From Asterias rubens (taxonomy: Eukaryota), in NCBI RefSeq assembly GCF_902459465.1, contig NC_047079.1:10168001-10232000 (forward strand): a stretch of 64,000 nucleotides of DNA, in the 5' to 3' direction. The notes under the pieces are model-generated. The model saw only the letters and a program-made list of their open reading frames with translations, made no database searches and had not been told where the DNA came from. Within the stretch, counting starts at the first letter, position 1. Every line of letters begins with the position of its first letter. This document shows positions 26,207 to 37,071 of this stretch, one piece after another. Both the position numbers and the translations under genes were made by a program.

Positions 26207-26334
26207 AATTGGCGGCTACAGCTGCGGCTATAGCTGCGGCTATGGCTGGATCTCGCCATCATCATGCATTGAAGTATAGGACATCCTTAGCAACACCCCT
26301 AGCAACAGCCATAGCCGTAGCTGACCCACCAATT
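26207..26334. repeat. Foldback family with (GCTACG/GCTATA)n subrepeats
   Basis: aattggcggctac ... gtagc..ccaccaatt; relatives at ~36700-36790 and 59460-59535. Confidence 0.55.
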
Positions 26335-27903
26335 CCGATATATAAAGAAAGTTAAGTAAATAGAGCATTCCTAAAAAGATTCCAAAATGCTAGGCAGCCG
26401 ACTCAAAGTCAACACTTTAGAGAGAAGGATTGGCTGTCGTTTTTATTAAAAGCAAAGAAATGTTTATTGAGGAGAACGCATCCACGGTCCGACATGCAGT
26501 GCGAGCATCACCTGTGATGAATCATTCCCAGAGAAGGACAAGGTGGAGCAGAACTCTCCGGAGCAAGAATCGAGCCACTCCCCAAACTGTCGACGTTTGT
26601 CAGTAAAGACGGCAAAATGATATCAAACAATCAAAATAATATTTCTTTTTGATTTTTTTTTTAACAAAGACTCTGTCTGCTAGGGTCCAAACATCATGCC
26701 ATTAACTATTTGTTGCATTTATACCATGGGTCCTTTTGGTTGGTAAAAGCAGTTTGCAACAGCTAATTCTATGTTCTCTTTTTTTTTATCATTCAGTAGT
26801 AAACCACGAGGGAAACTGACTGGGCAAGATTGGAATAATTTGGGGATTGAACAAAGACAAAATTACTGTAGGGGGACTTAGACCTGTGTGACCTCCAGAT
26901 TAACATAATGACACTCTACCAACTGAGCTATCTAGCCATATGTTGGCACTCGTTGTCATATTCACACATGCATACATACAGGACTAGCGCCCTCTAGAGT
27001 CTAACCCTCACTCATGTACCTTTCCATCAACATGGCTGCCAAGTGTTAACGTGATTAAAACTACCAAAGTTCATGATACAAGCCGAGTCCCTCTCTCTCT
27101 CTAAATGCCAGCAGGAGGCATTACACTTGTCCTATTTTTTTCAATATTTTTGATTACATGTAGGGTGCCAGTCAGAAGCAATTCATACTGTAACTACCGT
27201 ATAGCCTTGGAAAACACCCGAGTTAATCTGGAGGTCAGTGGTTCAAATCCTGCTCTAGTCAATTTTTCTTTGTTCAACCCAAGATCATTTCTAAATGAAA
27301 ATGCCACGTTGAACAAACCTATGAGAACAAACCTATGAGATTTCATTTCAATTGTGGCTCTTTTTTAAAGATGTTACATTATGTCAGATTTTTGGCCCAT
27401 TTGACCAAAAAAATTTGATTTAAATATCAATAGGTATTTTGATGGGGGTCAAAAAGTTACAAGCTTTCATTTGAGCTATTACTCGAAAAAGTCCGCCAAT
27501 TATTAGTAGCAGTGAAATAAAGTGCTCAAAATTAGTTTTTGTCGGGATCCCGACAATATATCACGTGACCAATTCTTATGTGTTTGATAAGAAAGGTTTT
27601 TAATTTTGTGTCAAGGTTCCTGACCATTAAAAATAAAAGTTAAACTTTTTTTCGTTAGAGTGGGTGATACTCTTTGTAATACCATTCACTAAAAAAAATC
27701 TATTTTTCAATGTTTGGGGCCAAAAATCTGACATAGCATCTTTACATGTAACACTATGTCTATGCAAAACATTAGGCCTTTTAAGCATTGCTTAATATGA
27801 AGGGGGGGGACGGGAAAAGGGTATATAATTTTGATGATGTTGTTTGATAAAAACATAGAATGCAGCGACAGTGCATCAGTGATTATAATCAAGCAATGCT
27901 TAC

Positions 27904-27995
27904 CTGACTGATTCCGCGACAGATAAATTCAACTGTAGATCCAGATTCTACTTCTAGATCAACCGGTTGCTCAACGATTACTCTCATGCTCGGCC
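27904..27995 (-). CDS. HSPG2: Exon 39: Ig2 N-part
   Basis: PSMRVIVEQPVDLEVESGSTVEFICRGISQ. Confidence 0.9.
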
Positions 27996-28290
27996 CTGGA
28001 AAAAAATAAACGTGTAATTAATATTTTCGAGATGATTTATGTCAATTTATTGCCACTTATGTATGCTAAACGATACCCGCATGAGGGGATAAAACAAGAG
28101 GGCATTAAATTTTCCACCGATAAAAATATAGCCACAAGATCAACGTTACAACTTGTTTCCCATCATACATGTAGGTCTGCATAGCCTCCGTCTTTCTTTT
28201 TCTCTATGGATATTTTCATTGTAAATGGTAAATGGTTGCCAGTTTTTCTGACCTAGTTCCTCCTATCAGGATATTTTTATAAGAAACCAG

Positions 28291-28457
28291 CCGTCGATTT
28301 CACAAAGAGTTAGGACTCGTCTTATCTCAAGTTAGGACGAGTGACTCGCCCTAACTTAGTATTCATCTTAGGGTCTGCATGCTACAGTGCTGGGTTGGGA
28401 CTCGTCCGAAGTCCTAAGACTAGTCTTAAGATAGGAAGAGTTTTGTGAAATCGATGG
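28291..28457. mobile_element. Foldback MITE, CAG TSD
   Basis: CAG|CCGTCGATTTCACAAA ... TTTGTGAAATCGATGG|CAG. Confidence 0.75.
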
Positions 28458-28461
28458 CAGG

Positions 28462-28680
28462 CTTTCTGCTTCTTCTCACACATACAAGGTACACTCTTGC
28501 TTTGCCGCTGAGATGTAGCACAAAATGCGTTCCAACAGCTTTATTCCAACGACTGCATCTCTTTGGAACTCCTTCCTTGGTGCATGTTTCCCTCCATCCT
28601 ACAATCTAGACTGGTTTATTAGAGGAATATCGATTCCTACCTTCAGCTCCCCCGAGTTATTTCCATCTTAAATGTGTTCT
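28462..28680 (+). mobile_element. 3' fragment of a CR1/Jockey-group LINE
   Basis: RSNSFIPTTASLWNSFLGACFPPSYNLDWF matches the SFIPRT..LWNSLP..VFP..YNL..FK motif. Confidence 0.65.
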
Positions 28681-28940
28681 TCTTGTAGCGCATTAATAAT
28701 CATAATAATAACTAGTTCTTAAAAAAACGCATTTCACAATTAATATCTCAATGCGCTTTACATCATTGCCCTGGTCATTGGGCAAATAACATTCATTAAA
28801 TCTTTCTCAGCTCCCTGGGGAGTATAAAACCCTGAGCTGCTATGGCGCTCCAGTGACTTTACCATTACAAAGAGTGGCTTTTGCCTTCTTTGCTGTTAGT
28901 TCGCTTTTTTTTGCAAATTACAAAGAAAGTTCTGACTTAC

Positions 28941-29037
28941 CAACGACTGTAATAGTGACTTGGGACTGACTGGTACCGTATTGGTTTCTGGCCACAAAGA
29001 TATAGATGCCTGCATCACTGGCTTGGAGATTGGTAAT
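28941..29037 (-). CDS. HSPG2: Exon 38: domain IV Ig1 C-half (no Cys)
   Basis: ITNLQASDAGIYIFVARNQYGTSQSQVTITVV; phase 0-1. Confidence 0.88.
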
Positions 29038-29434
29038 CTGACGGAGAAAAAGAAAAGAATCATGAAGAATTTCTGGAAAATTACTGCCAAGAAAATAAAC
29101 ATTTCTGCCAAAGACATGTACATGTAGAACACTAAAATGTATATATATTGTTGGCGCTTTCTTGTTAATCAGTTGGGCTGCTTTTAAGTGGTAGGGTGGT
29201 CGATCTGCATGTTTATAGCCCAGTGGTGGCAGTTTGTGCAGTGTTGAAAAGACAAAACAAGGGAGCTAGAAGAATGGGCCTAGTATCCAGAATTAGGGCC
29301 AAGAATAGAGCCCTGTGGTACTTGTACTGTATTATCAAAAAGTTGGACTGTATTTTGTGTTCGACAATACAAGGGTGCTTGAAGATTGACTCCATTAACC
29401 ATAATTTAGGACTGAAAATAGAGCCTTGTGGTAC

Positions 29435-29607
29435 CTGTAACGTGTTGTCGGAGAGTTGGACTGCATTTTGTGGTAGAGGGCGCCCATCAGCACGGATCCA
29501 ATAGCCAGATGAGAAGGAGTTCTGGATAGACACTCTGATGTATATGGTTGAAGACAGGACACCAGACACCTCCGACGGAGAGATCGTTATGATTGGCTCT
29601 CTCTCTT
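29435..29607 (-). CDS. HSPG2: Exon 37: domain IV Ig1 N-half (no Cys)
   Basis: EREPIITISPSEVSGVLSSTIYIRVSIQNSFSSGYWIRADGRPLPQNAVQLSDNTLQ; phase 1-0. Confidence 0.85.
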
Positions 29608-30250
29608 CTGTAGTTAGAAAAACATAAATTCTGCTGAGCTCTGGAAAATCTGACCAAGAAAACAATCTGACCAACAAAACAAAATCGAGTAACCAGCCAA
29701 CAGAAAGTGTGGCCGGTACTCGAAACTCAGCCGAGCACTATTAAATCTCACTAAAAAACATCAAGTTACCAGCCAACTGTAGCTGGTACGCCAACATTTC
29801 TTGCTTCATAAACATTTTTGAGGCAAAACTTTACGTTTGGCAGAACCTATGGAATGGCTGCTTAATGCTCAGAAGCACCTCGTAAACCCTTGAAAAGTGC
29901 TACATAAATCACTCTCATAGATCAACAAACTCTAAAACCTGTCTAAAAATGTTTCTCTTCGTTCAAGCGCTTTTTAATATAGTACTTTATTTTAATAGAA
30001 AATAGGTGCGCTATATAAGATCATAACACCCTTTTGCTTGATCTGTATTCTGGTTGGCTGAAACACGGTCACGTGGGCTGAACCAATATAGTCTAGTGCA
30101 TGAGGTTTAAAAGTGACCAGAAGAGGGACCTATTTCCAGAGGTTGAATAACTAGCCAATATTTGTATACTATACATTTATTATTTTATTATTTAGTAGTA
30201 AGTTCAGAAAGCAGCAGACTACAGTCGTCCTCTGACTGGTCAATACTTAC

Positions 30251-30315
30251 GTTGGCCCAAAGGACTGCAGCTTCCTCCTGGAACCCTTGGATTGCCCTCA
30301 AATCCTGGAGCGCAA
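30251..30315 (-). CDS. HSPG2: Exon 36: end of domain III (65 nt)
   Basis: CAPGFEGNPRVPGGSCSPLGQ; phase 2-1. Confidence 0.9.
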
Positions 30316-30569
30316 CTGATGAAAAAAATATATGACAACAAAATAAACAAGGAGAAACTGTGGACAAGGCGCCTCCAGACCATTCACCCATGGGCTGAAA
30401 ATTGAATGATTAACAACTTTTCCTAATTGCCTTCTACTTTTTCAGTTTGGTTTGGTCAGTCATTCAGTTTTGTTGGCGTGAGGCCAATCACAGTGTTTTT
30501 TTACTTTTTTAAAACAGCATATCAACCAATTATTATGTGCATCCACAGAGACAAGAAGATGTGACTTAC

Positions 30570-30656
30570 GTTCCACAGTCTCGACCGACGTATCCTCGTC
30601 GGCAGGCATTACATGTTGGCCGACCATCTGTATCAAGAACGCAGGTGGGCGAAAAC
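30570..30656 (-). CDS. HSPG2: Exon 35: laminin-EGF
   Basis: FSPTCVLDTDGRPTCNACRRGYVGRDCG. Confidence 0.92.
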
Positions 30657-31177
30657 CTGGAGAAGAAAAAAATACATATAGTTACATATGCCAAAGGCTA
30701 TTGAATGCACCCCAACATGGTTAACATAAAACTGTATTTAACGCAATTAACAAAAAAGTACTCATGATTGTACACAGTCAACCTAATCTGCATAGACTAA
30801 GCCCTATCACAAGATCAAAGAAGAACGAGAGGGAAACTGGGGTGGATTAAAATAAAAAAAATAAAAAAGGAGTTAGACCAGTCTTATCTCGAGTTACGAC
30901 AAGTTACTCATCCTAAGTTAGGACTAGCCTTTAGTTTGTAAGAGTCCTAGGACTAGTTCTACAATAGGACTATCTTTGTGAAATCGACCCAAGTTGCTCT
31001 TTGAAATGATGCCTCTTTTGCAGGCCACCAAACTTGAGCATGCACTTAGAGTCGATGTGCCACTACTAGCGCATTTCACTAACACCATGGGCTAAGAGCC
31101 AGCAGCGAATGCTGAATAAAATGGCACGGCGAGATCGATTAATCCCGGGGAACAAAGTTGGAACTGAAGGTTCTTAC

Positions 31178-31305
31178 TGGTTTGAAGGGTTGCTCAGAGG
31201 ACATGCACAGGGTCGGCAGTCACCAGGGGTGCCTGACGTTGTGTCACCAAAGAACCCATCAGCACATGTCTCGCAGTGCTCACCAACCGTGTTGTGAAGA
31301 CAGTC
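31178..31305 (-). CDS. HSPG2: Exon 34: laminin-EGF
   Basis: DCLHNTVGEHCETCADGFFGDTTSGTPGDCRPCACPLSNPSN. Confidence 0.93.
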
Positions 31306-32052
31306 CTGTAATAAAAAAACACTTAAACTGATGACTGAAGAAAAGACAAATTTACAGGAGCTCGAACCCCTGACCTCCAGATTCATACGCAAGTGCTCTA
31401 CCAACTGGGATATGTAGCCCTATAGACCTTCATCATGGTGCAGCCGTCTTCATTTTCTCCATTTCAAATCAATGTAATCAAACCAAAGCCGGAAGAAGAA
31501 ATAGTCTGGTTCCTTTTTGCGAAATGATTATTAGCATTCGTTATTGTTATTCGATACAAGGAACATGACCAAGATGGCGATCTCCAGTTTGTTTAGGGGG
31601 CCAGTCAGAAGCCATCAACCTCCTACTCCCGTGTAGCCAGGGATCACACACAAGCTTACGATACAACCTGGGCCCAATTTCATAGGACTGCTCAGCGTAA
31701 AAATTTGCTTAGCATGAAATTTCTTCCTTGATAAAAACAGGATTACCAACCAAATTTCAATTTGTTGCCTATTGCTTGTTACTGGTATTCAGCTGTTGTT
31801 TGCTTATCCTGAAAATCACGTGGAAATTGGGTTGGTAATCCTGTTTTTATCAAGGAAAAAATGTCATGCTTAGCAAACTTTTTGTGCTTAGCAGTTCTAT
31901 GAAATTGGGCCATGGATCACACCCAAGTTTACGATACAACCTGGGAAGCGGCAGCAGAGGGATCACTTCAAGGGAATGCGACTTTTTGTTTCAAATATGT
32001 CCAGTACATGTAATGAATCATATCTATGAGAAATTATATCTCGAATACTTAC

Positions 32053-32166
32053 GATACAGACACCGGTTTCGGAGTTGCAGGAGCTAGCGTGACCATTACA
32101 CTGACACGGTATACAGACACCAAGGTAGAGACCTTGACCCATACGAGAATAACCAGTAGCACAGTC
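32053..32166 (-). CDS. HSPG2: Exon 33: laminin-EGF
   Basis: DCATGYSRMGQGLYLGVCIPCQCNGHASSCNSETGVCI. Confidence 0.93.
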
Positions 32167-32477
32167 CTGAAAAACAGGCCAAATAACAAATTATCATTTA
32201 AAGGCCCTGGACACTATTGGTAATTACTCAAAATAATTGTTAGCATAAAACCTTACTTGGTAATGAGCAATGGAGAGATGTTGATACATTGTAGTATAAA
32301 ACATTGTGAGAAACGGCTCCCTCTGAAGTTACATAGTTTTTGAGAAAGAAGTAATTTTTAACTAAAATATTTGAATTGAATTTGAGACCTCAGCTAAGGT
32401 CTCAAAATAAAGCATCTGAAAGCACAAATTCTGTTTAACCGTTTAGGAAAATAAGCGTAAATGCACAAGCAACTTAC

Positions 32478-32560
32478 CTCACATGACAATCCTCTGTACC
32501 CATTGGGGCACTGACAGTCCTCAACGGCCATGGCTTGCGGTTGACCGGTGTTCTGGGGAA
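32478..32560 (-). CDS. HSPG2: Exon 32: LE
   Basis: PQNTGQPQAMAVEDCQCPNGYRGLSCE. Confidence 0.92.
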
Positions 32561-32861
32561 CTGGAATCAAACACATCAAAATATGAAACTAAAATCTAAA
32601 ATTGATGAAGGAATGTTGAAATGTAATAGATATTAAATTTGCCTCGGGATAAAGATTATTAATTTTTGTTTTCAATGTGTGGTACAGTGCTAAAGACCGA
32701 GTCACACCGCAGCGATAACAAAAACGATAACGATCGCAACGCAAACAAAACGCATTCTATTGGTTGAATTGCTCTGCGTAGAATACACGCACAATTATTC
32801 AACCAATCGAGGGCGTGCATTGTTAATGCTTTGTTCTCAGGCCTTAACACACAACGGTGTA

Positions 32862-33140
32862 GGGCTGAATGACTCCATCGTGGTCCAGTAGTTAGACAAC
32901 AGGATTGCAACAACAAGGTCGTGGGTTCGAAACCCCCAAGCCGCTGATTTCACAATAACTAGAATAAGTATTGTCGTCTAGTTACTGAATCACAATTTCT
33001 TGATTTGTGCAACTCATAATCAAAGAGGCTAAAGCAATGTTTGTATGAGAGAGATTGGCTGGTGCATGTATATCCCCTTAGTGGGAGTTTGACGAGTTCC
33101 CTCGATGGGAAGATCATCTAAACAAACAAACAAACAAACA
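32862..33140 (+). mobile_element. tRNA-derived SINE, family 2, (CAAA)n tail
   Basis: TGGTCCAGTAG A-box, GGTTCGAAACC B-box, ctagaataagtattgtcg body; copies at 47415-47652 and ~56690-56905. Confidence 0.75.
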
Positions 33141-33147
33141 GACTAAC

Positions 33148-33295
33148 CTGCTATATCCATAGAGATGTCTCGAATCCTGGAGCTTGCCATTTCCTGGTGG
33201 TACGTGGCGCGGATGAAAATGTACTCTACGTCGGCAAGCGCCATTAAGAAGAACTCCCTCGTTATTGGGCCTTGATCAGGACGCCTGAAGTTATC
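33148..33295 (-). CDS. HSPG2: Exon 31: LamB 3 part d
   Basis: DNFRRPDQGPITREFFLMALADVEYIFIRATYHQEMASSRIRDISMDIA. Confidence 0.92.
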
Positions 33296-33607
33296 CTACG
33301 GTTCAGACAAGTCAATAAAGATGTTTTGCAATAATAATTTAAATTTGGGTTACTTAAAGGCACTGGGGCCGAGTTCACAAATTTTGCAAATCAATCAGAG
33401 TTGCTTAGTAAAGTGTGTCACAATGCAAGTCACTATGGTGATCTGACAATTTGTCTTACGATGGGTTTTATTGCTCTGTGAAATCGAGCCCAGGACACCT
33501 TTGGTAATTGTCAAAAGCCAGTCTTCTTACTTGGTGTATCTCAACACACGCACAAAATAACAAACCTGTGAAAATTTTAACATCAATGGGAGACTTTTGG
33601 GCTGTTT

Positions 33608-33696
33608 GGTGGCAGCAGACTTACCAGGTAAAATCCATTGTTCTTGGTCAGAAATACGTAAACAATGGAAATTTACCTGGCAAGTCTGCTGCCACC
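33608..33696. repeat. Foldback hairpin element
   Basis: ggtggcagcagacttaccaggtaaa..ccattgtt / aacaatgg..tttacctggcaagtctgctgccacc. Confidence 0.75.
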
Positions 33697-33779
33697 TAGC
33701 GTCCAAAGGTCCCCAATTGGTCATCGTACTTGCACACTGACTATGATGGGATGGCCTATCTATCATTATTATACCGTAC

Positions 33780-33860
33780 CTCAATCAATTGTATACTGTT
33801 AGTTCTTGTCTCTCCGGGCTGTAGAGGTCTATCCTGGTAGATGAGACGGATGTTGTTTCC
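33780..33860 (-). CDS. HSPG2: Exon 30: LamB 3 part c
   Basis: GNNIRLIYQDRPLQPGETRTNSIQLIE. Confidence 0.88.
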
Positions 33861-34221
33861 CTAAATAATCAAATAAAAAAACAATAAGATTAAATTTAGG
33901 ATTTGAAACTTTGCATGGTGGAAAACCAATATACATGTACATGTAGTAAAGGTTTGATAATACCCTAAATGGGTTTGGGTGGTTCTGCAAATAACCATTG
34001 GTTTCGACTCAACGTTTCAGATCAGTATGCTCTGATCGTCTTCTGGAAAAAAAAGATTCAATTTCAAAACTTCACTTCTTTTTTGTTTACATCTGTCATC
34101 GACATCTGATTCATCCACAAATGATGATTATCAGATTCTAGCATCGACAAAATAAAAAATTAATCACAGCCCACTTCTTTAACTGTTTAAGTGTTCCATG
34201 TTTTTTGTTTCATTCACTTAC

Positions 34222-34314
34222 AAATATTTCCACGTCACTCTCGCTGTACTGTTGACCAAAGCTTGCTGCACTGTAACTGATGGTGTAGCGAAGGAAACCG
34301 CCGTATGCTGTTAC
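34222..34314 (-). CDS. HSPG2: Exon 29: LamB 3 part b
   Basis: VTAYGGFLRYTISYSAASFGQQYSESDVEIF. Confidence 0.92.
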
Positions 34315-34322
34315 CTGGTGAA

Positions 34323-34377
34323 AGGTCAAAGATGGAAGGTCAATGGTGGAAGGTCAATGGTGGAAGGTCAAAGGTCA
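34323..34377 (+). repeat. 14-bp microrepeat giving five AGGTCA hexamers next to the exon 29 acceptor
   Basis: AGGTCA at 34323, 34337, 34351, 34365 and 34372. Confidence 0.8.
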
Positions 34378-34769
34378 GTACTTTCTATTTGTCTGATATC
34401 AGAAATAAATTTTCTTTCTAACCATTAAGGAAAAATTGTCTGACGTTTCGACCCTAGCAGAGTCTTTCTCAAAAGCTTAGGCTATGGGTCAAAACGTTAG
34501 GCCAAAGTGTTTTTTCGCATTGGTTGGTAAGCAGTTTGCAACAGCTGGTTCCAGATTCTCGTTTAGGAAAAAAAACCGTAAATGCACCACTCCATTCAGC
34601 CAAGTATGTTACAAGGGTAGAAGAATACATAAACCCACTCAAATAATACACAGAAAACAATTATGGAATTTCTGAGGTTTAAACTGTAGCGAACGAAAAG
34701 GGAAAGGTAGTGGGACCAACCTGACCAGGTGCAACTTGATATAATTTGTTTCCCCTCAATGATGGTTAC

Positions 34770-34958
34770 CTGATCTCCCCTGAACTTCGGTGGAAGACTC
34801 CAGAAGTAGGCTTGACGCTGGAGCTGATCAAAGTCTCTGAATGCGATCTCATTGGTCGGAACGTTTATGTTGAATCCGCTAGAGTAGAGGGAGTCGCCGC
34901 CGCGGTTACGGAGAACCATACTCCGGGAGTCTGTCGGAGACAGAAACTCAACTCTCAA
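34770..34958 (-). CDS. HSPG2: Exon 28: LamB 3 part a
   Basis: LRVEFLSPTDSRSMVL...QAYFWSLPPKFRGDQ. Confidence 0.92.
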
Positions 34959-35089
34959 CTGCAGGTAAACAACAACAACAAACAGTTATTGACAAACAAT
35001 TTATGAATCAGATAAGAATTGGTTATAAGTAGGAAACTTGCGGGTAAAATCTCTTCTGAATGAGTGTTGGCTCTGAAAAGAACCGGTGT

Positions 35090-35134
35090 GGTCTCAATGT
35101 TTCAAACAGTATACTCTGCTCATCTTCAGGAGAA
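35090..35134 (-). ncRNA. Minimal type I hammerhead ribozyme motif
   Basis: tctc CTGAAGA t GAGCAG agtata CTGTTT GAAA catt gaga; stem I 4 bp, stem II 6 bp with G-U wobbles. Confidence 0.6.
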
Positions 35135-35533
35135 GTTAGACACTTACTCGATTTATTGTAAAATTTCATAGCTAGAAAATATCGCTCAGCAAAAAATTTG
35201 CAGAATACCAGTCATAGATAGTAAATAATGCATGGTACATGTACTTTGGCTGGTGACCTAATTCTGGTAAGCACAGGGTGTCAACAAGACATCCATCCTA
35301 CTCAAAAAAGAACAATGGGTTAGATCTTGGTCGGACGGTGCACAATCTTTAGAACAAGAGTGTAAGAGTGAACATTTTTTTCAGCCCTCAAAAAAAACCT
35401 ACACAACTCTGGGACCTGAACCCCCCTCTCAGATATGTGGAATGGTCCAATCTAGGGTATCAAGGACTTTGAGACCCAAGGGAAAACTTTAAACAAAATG
35501 TGCCACAATTTTAAGTTACAAGCGCTCACTTAA

Positions 35534-35914
35534 AGGCAGTGGACACTATTGGTAATTACTCAAAAAAATTATTAGCATAAAACCTTTCTTGGTGACGAGT
35601 AATGTGGAAAGGCTGATGGTATAAAACATTGTAAGAAACGGCTCCCTCTGAAGTGCTATAGTTTCCGAGAAAGAAGTAATTTTCCACGAATTTGATTTCG
35701 AGACCTCAGATTTAGAACTTGAGGTCTCAAAATCAACCATCTAAACGCATACAACTTCGTGTGACAAGGGTGTTTTTTTCTTTCATTATTATCTCGCAAG
35801 TTCGATGACCGATTGAGCTCAAATTTTCACAGGTTAGTTATTTTATGCATATATGTTGAGATACACCAACTGTGAAGGCTAGTCTTTGACAATTACCAAT
35901 AGTGTTCGCTGCCT
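35534..35914. mobile_element. TTAA-flanked MITE, family A
   Basis: AGGCAGTGGACACTATTGGTAATT ... AATTACCAATAGTGTTCGCTGCCT; partial copies at ~1179-1352, 32202-32430, 33510-33590, 47915-48002. Confidence 0.82.
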
Positions 35915-35947
35915 TTAAGGGTTGGAGAGAAGCTTTTTTGCACTGAC

Positions 35948-36088
35948 CTGTTGACGATAGTAATTAGAGCTGCCACATCTCTCTGTGATTCCCATGCAGA
36001 AGCATTTGGTGCATCCGTCAGAGTTGCTGGCCTCCAGATTGAAGTAACCGTAGTTACAGACATTACAACGAGAACCCTCTGTGTAGGC
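35948..36088 (-). CDS. HSPG2: Exon 27: laminin-EGF
   Basis: [47 protein letters not shown]. Confidence 0.93.
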
Positions 36089-36129
36089 CTGTTAGAAAAT
36101 AAGGGAATCAAGGTGTGGTGAAGAGGTTC

Positions 36130-36240
36130 TCAACTAGTGGTTTTATCCCAACGAGGCCTGGTTCTTGATAATTTTAACCGAGACGAAGTCGAGGTAAATT
36201 ATCAAGAACCAGGCCTCGGCGGGTTTAAACCACTAGTTGA
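36130..36240. repeat. Foldback palindrome with GAGACGAAGTCGAG in the spacer
   Basis: Arms tcaactagtggttt..gaggcctggttcttgataattt / aaattatcaagaaccaggcctc..aaaccactagttga. Confidence 0.75.
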
Positions 36241-36588
36241 AAACCGATTCAAATTGTTCAATGATTTCTTTCAACACAACACCCCTCCAGCTATGAAATG
36301 GTAAAGCCCTCCGCCGCTTTAGGGTTGATTTGTCATTTCTTTTATTCGGGTATCAATCTTTAAGACAATGTTAAATTGCAGATTGAATTGGACCTTGTTT
36401 TAAAGATGCTATATTTGCATCGGAGATAAAGAATATGCATTTTGGTTTTTACCCATATACACTGATGTGTGTTAAAACTGTATACTTAGTACTTACCCGA
36501 GTTCTGTGAAAACAAAAATCACAGGCATATTACTCGGGTGGGATTCAAACCCAAGACCTTTGGATCTTTTTTGACGCTGCTATCTTAC

Positions 36589-36659
36589 CTTGCAGCTGCA
36601 ATCTCCTCTTTGATCACAACCTTGCTGCCTGATCCCTCTAGGGTCACACTGACAGGCAC
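36589..36659 (-). CDS. HSPG2: Exon 26: laminin-EGF
   Basis: ACQCDPRGIRQQGCDQRGDCSCK. Confidence 0.9.
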
Positions 36660-36964
36660 CTGGGGGTCAAGACAATATTTCAGAGGTTAGGCTGTATCGT
36701 AATTGGCGGCTTCGGCTACGACTGTTACTCAGGGTGTTGTAACAAAAAATGAGGAGACGATCGGTAGCCATAGCCATGGGGCAATTTCGTGCAACAGCTA
36801 TCGATGACCATAGTTCCTCTAGGTTAGCCCAAACTCTGTCTAGTCGATTTAGTTGGACTACACAAGTCGACTATTTGAATCCAGCCTACTGGGCACGAAC
36901 ACATCGCTGGTTATCAATAGCAAGGATGATTGTAGAGCCGGATGATTGTAATAAAATCACTCAC

Positions 36965-37023
36965 CATTTATTTGGCAGCTTCCACCAGGGCGTGTTGGAT
37001 CTCCAAAATAGGGAGCCTCACAT
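36965..37023 (-). CDS. HSPG2: Exon 25: laminin-EGF (59 nt)
   Basis: CEAPYFGDPTRPGGSCQIN; required to restore phase. Confidence 0.9.
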
Positions 37024-37071
37024 CTGTTGAAACAAGTTCAATAAATAATAATAATAAAATAATAAATAATC

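Noticed and set aside
26470-26615. GC-rich stretch in the 3.2-kb intron splitting Ig2; possible extra exon
   Set aside because: No Ig motif, no phase-0 AG/GT pair fitting exons 39-40, and exons 39 and 40 already join into a complete Ig.
23066-34958. Long ORF extensions past exon ends (23066-23662, 29213-29677, 34596-34958)
   Set aside because: Read-through into introns; homology stops at the GT donors.
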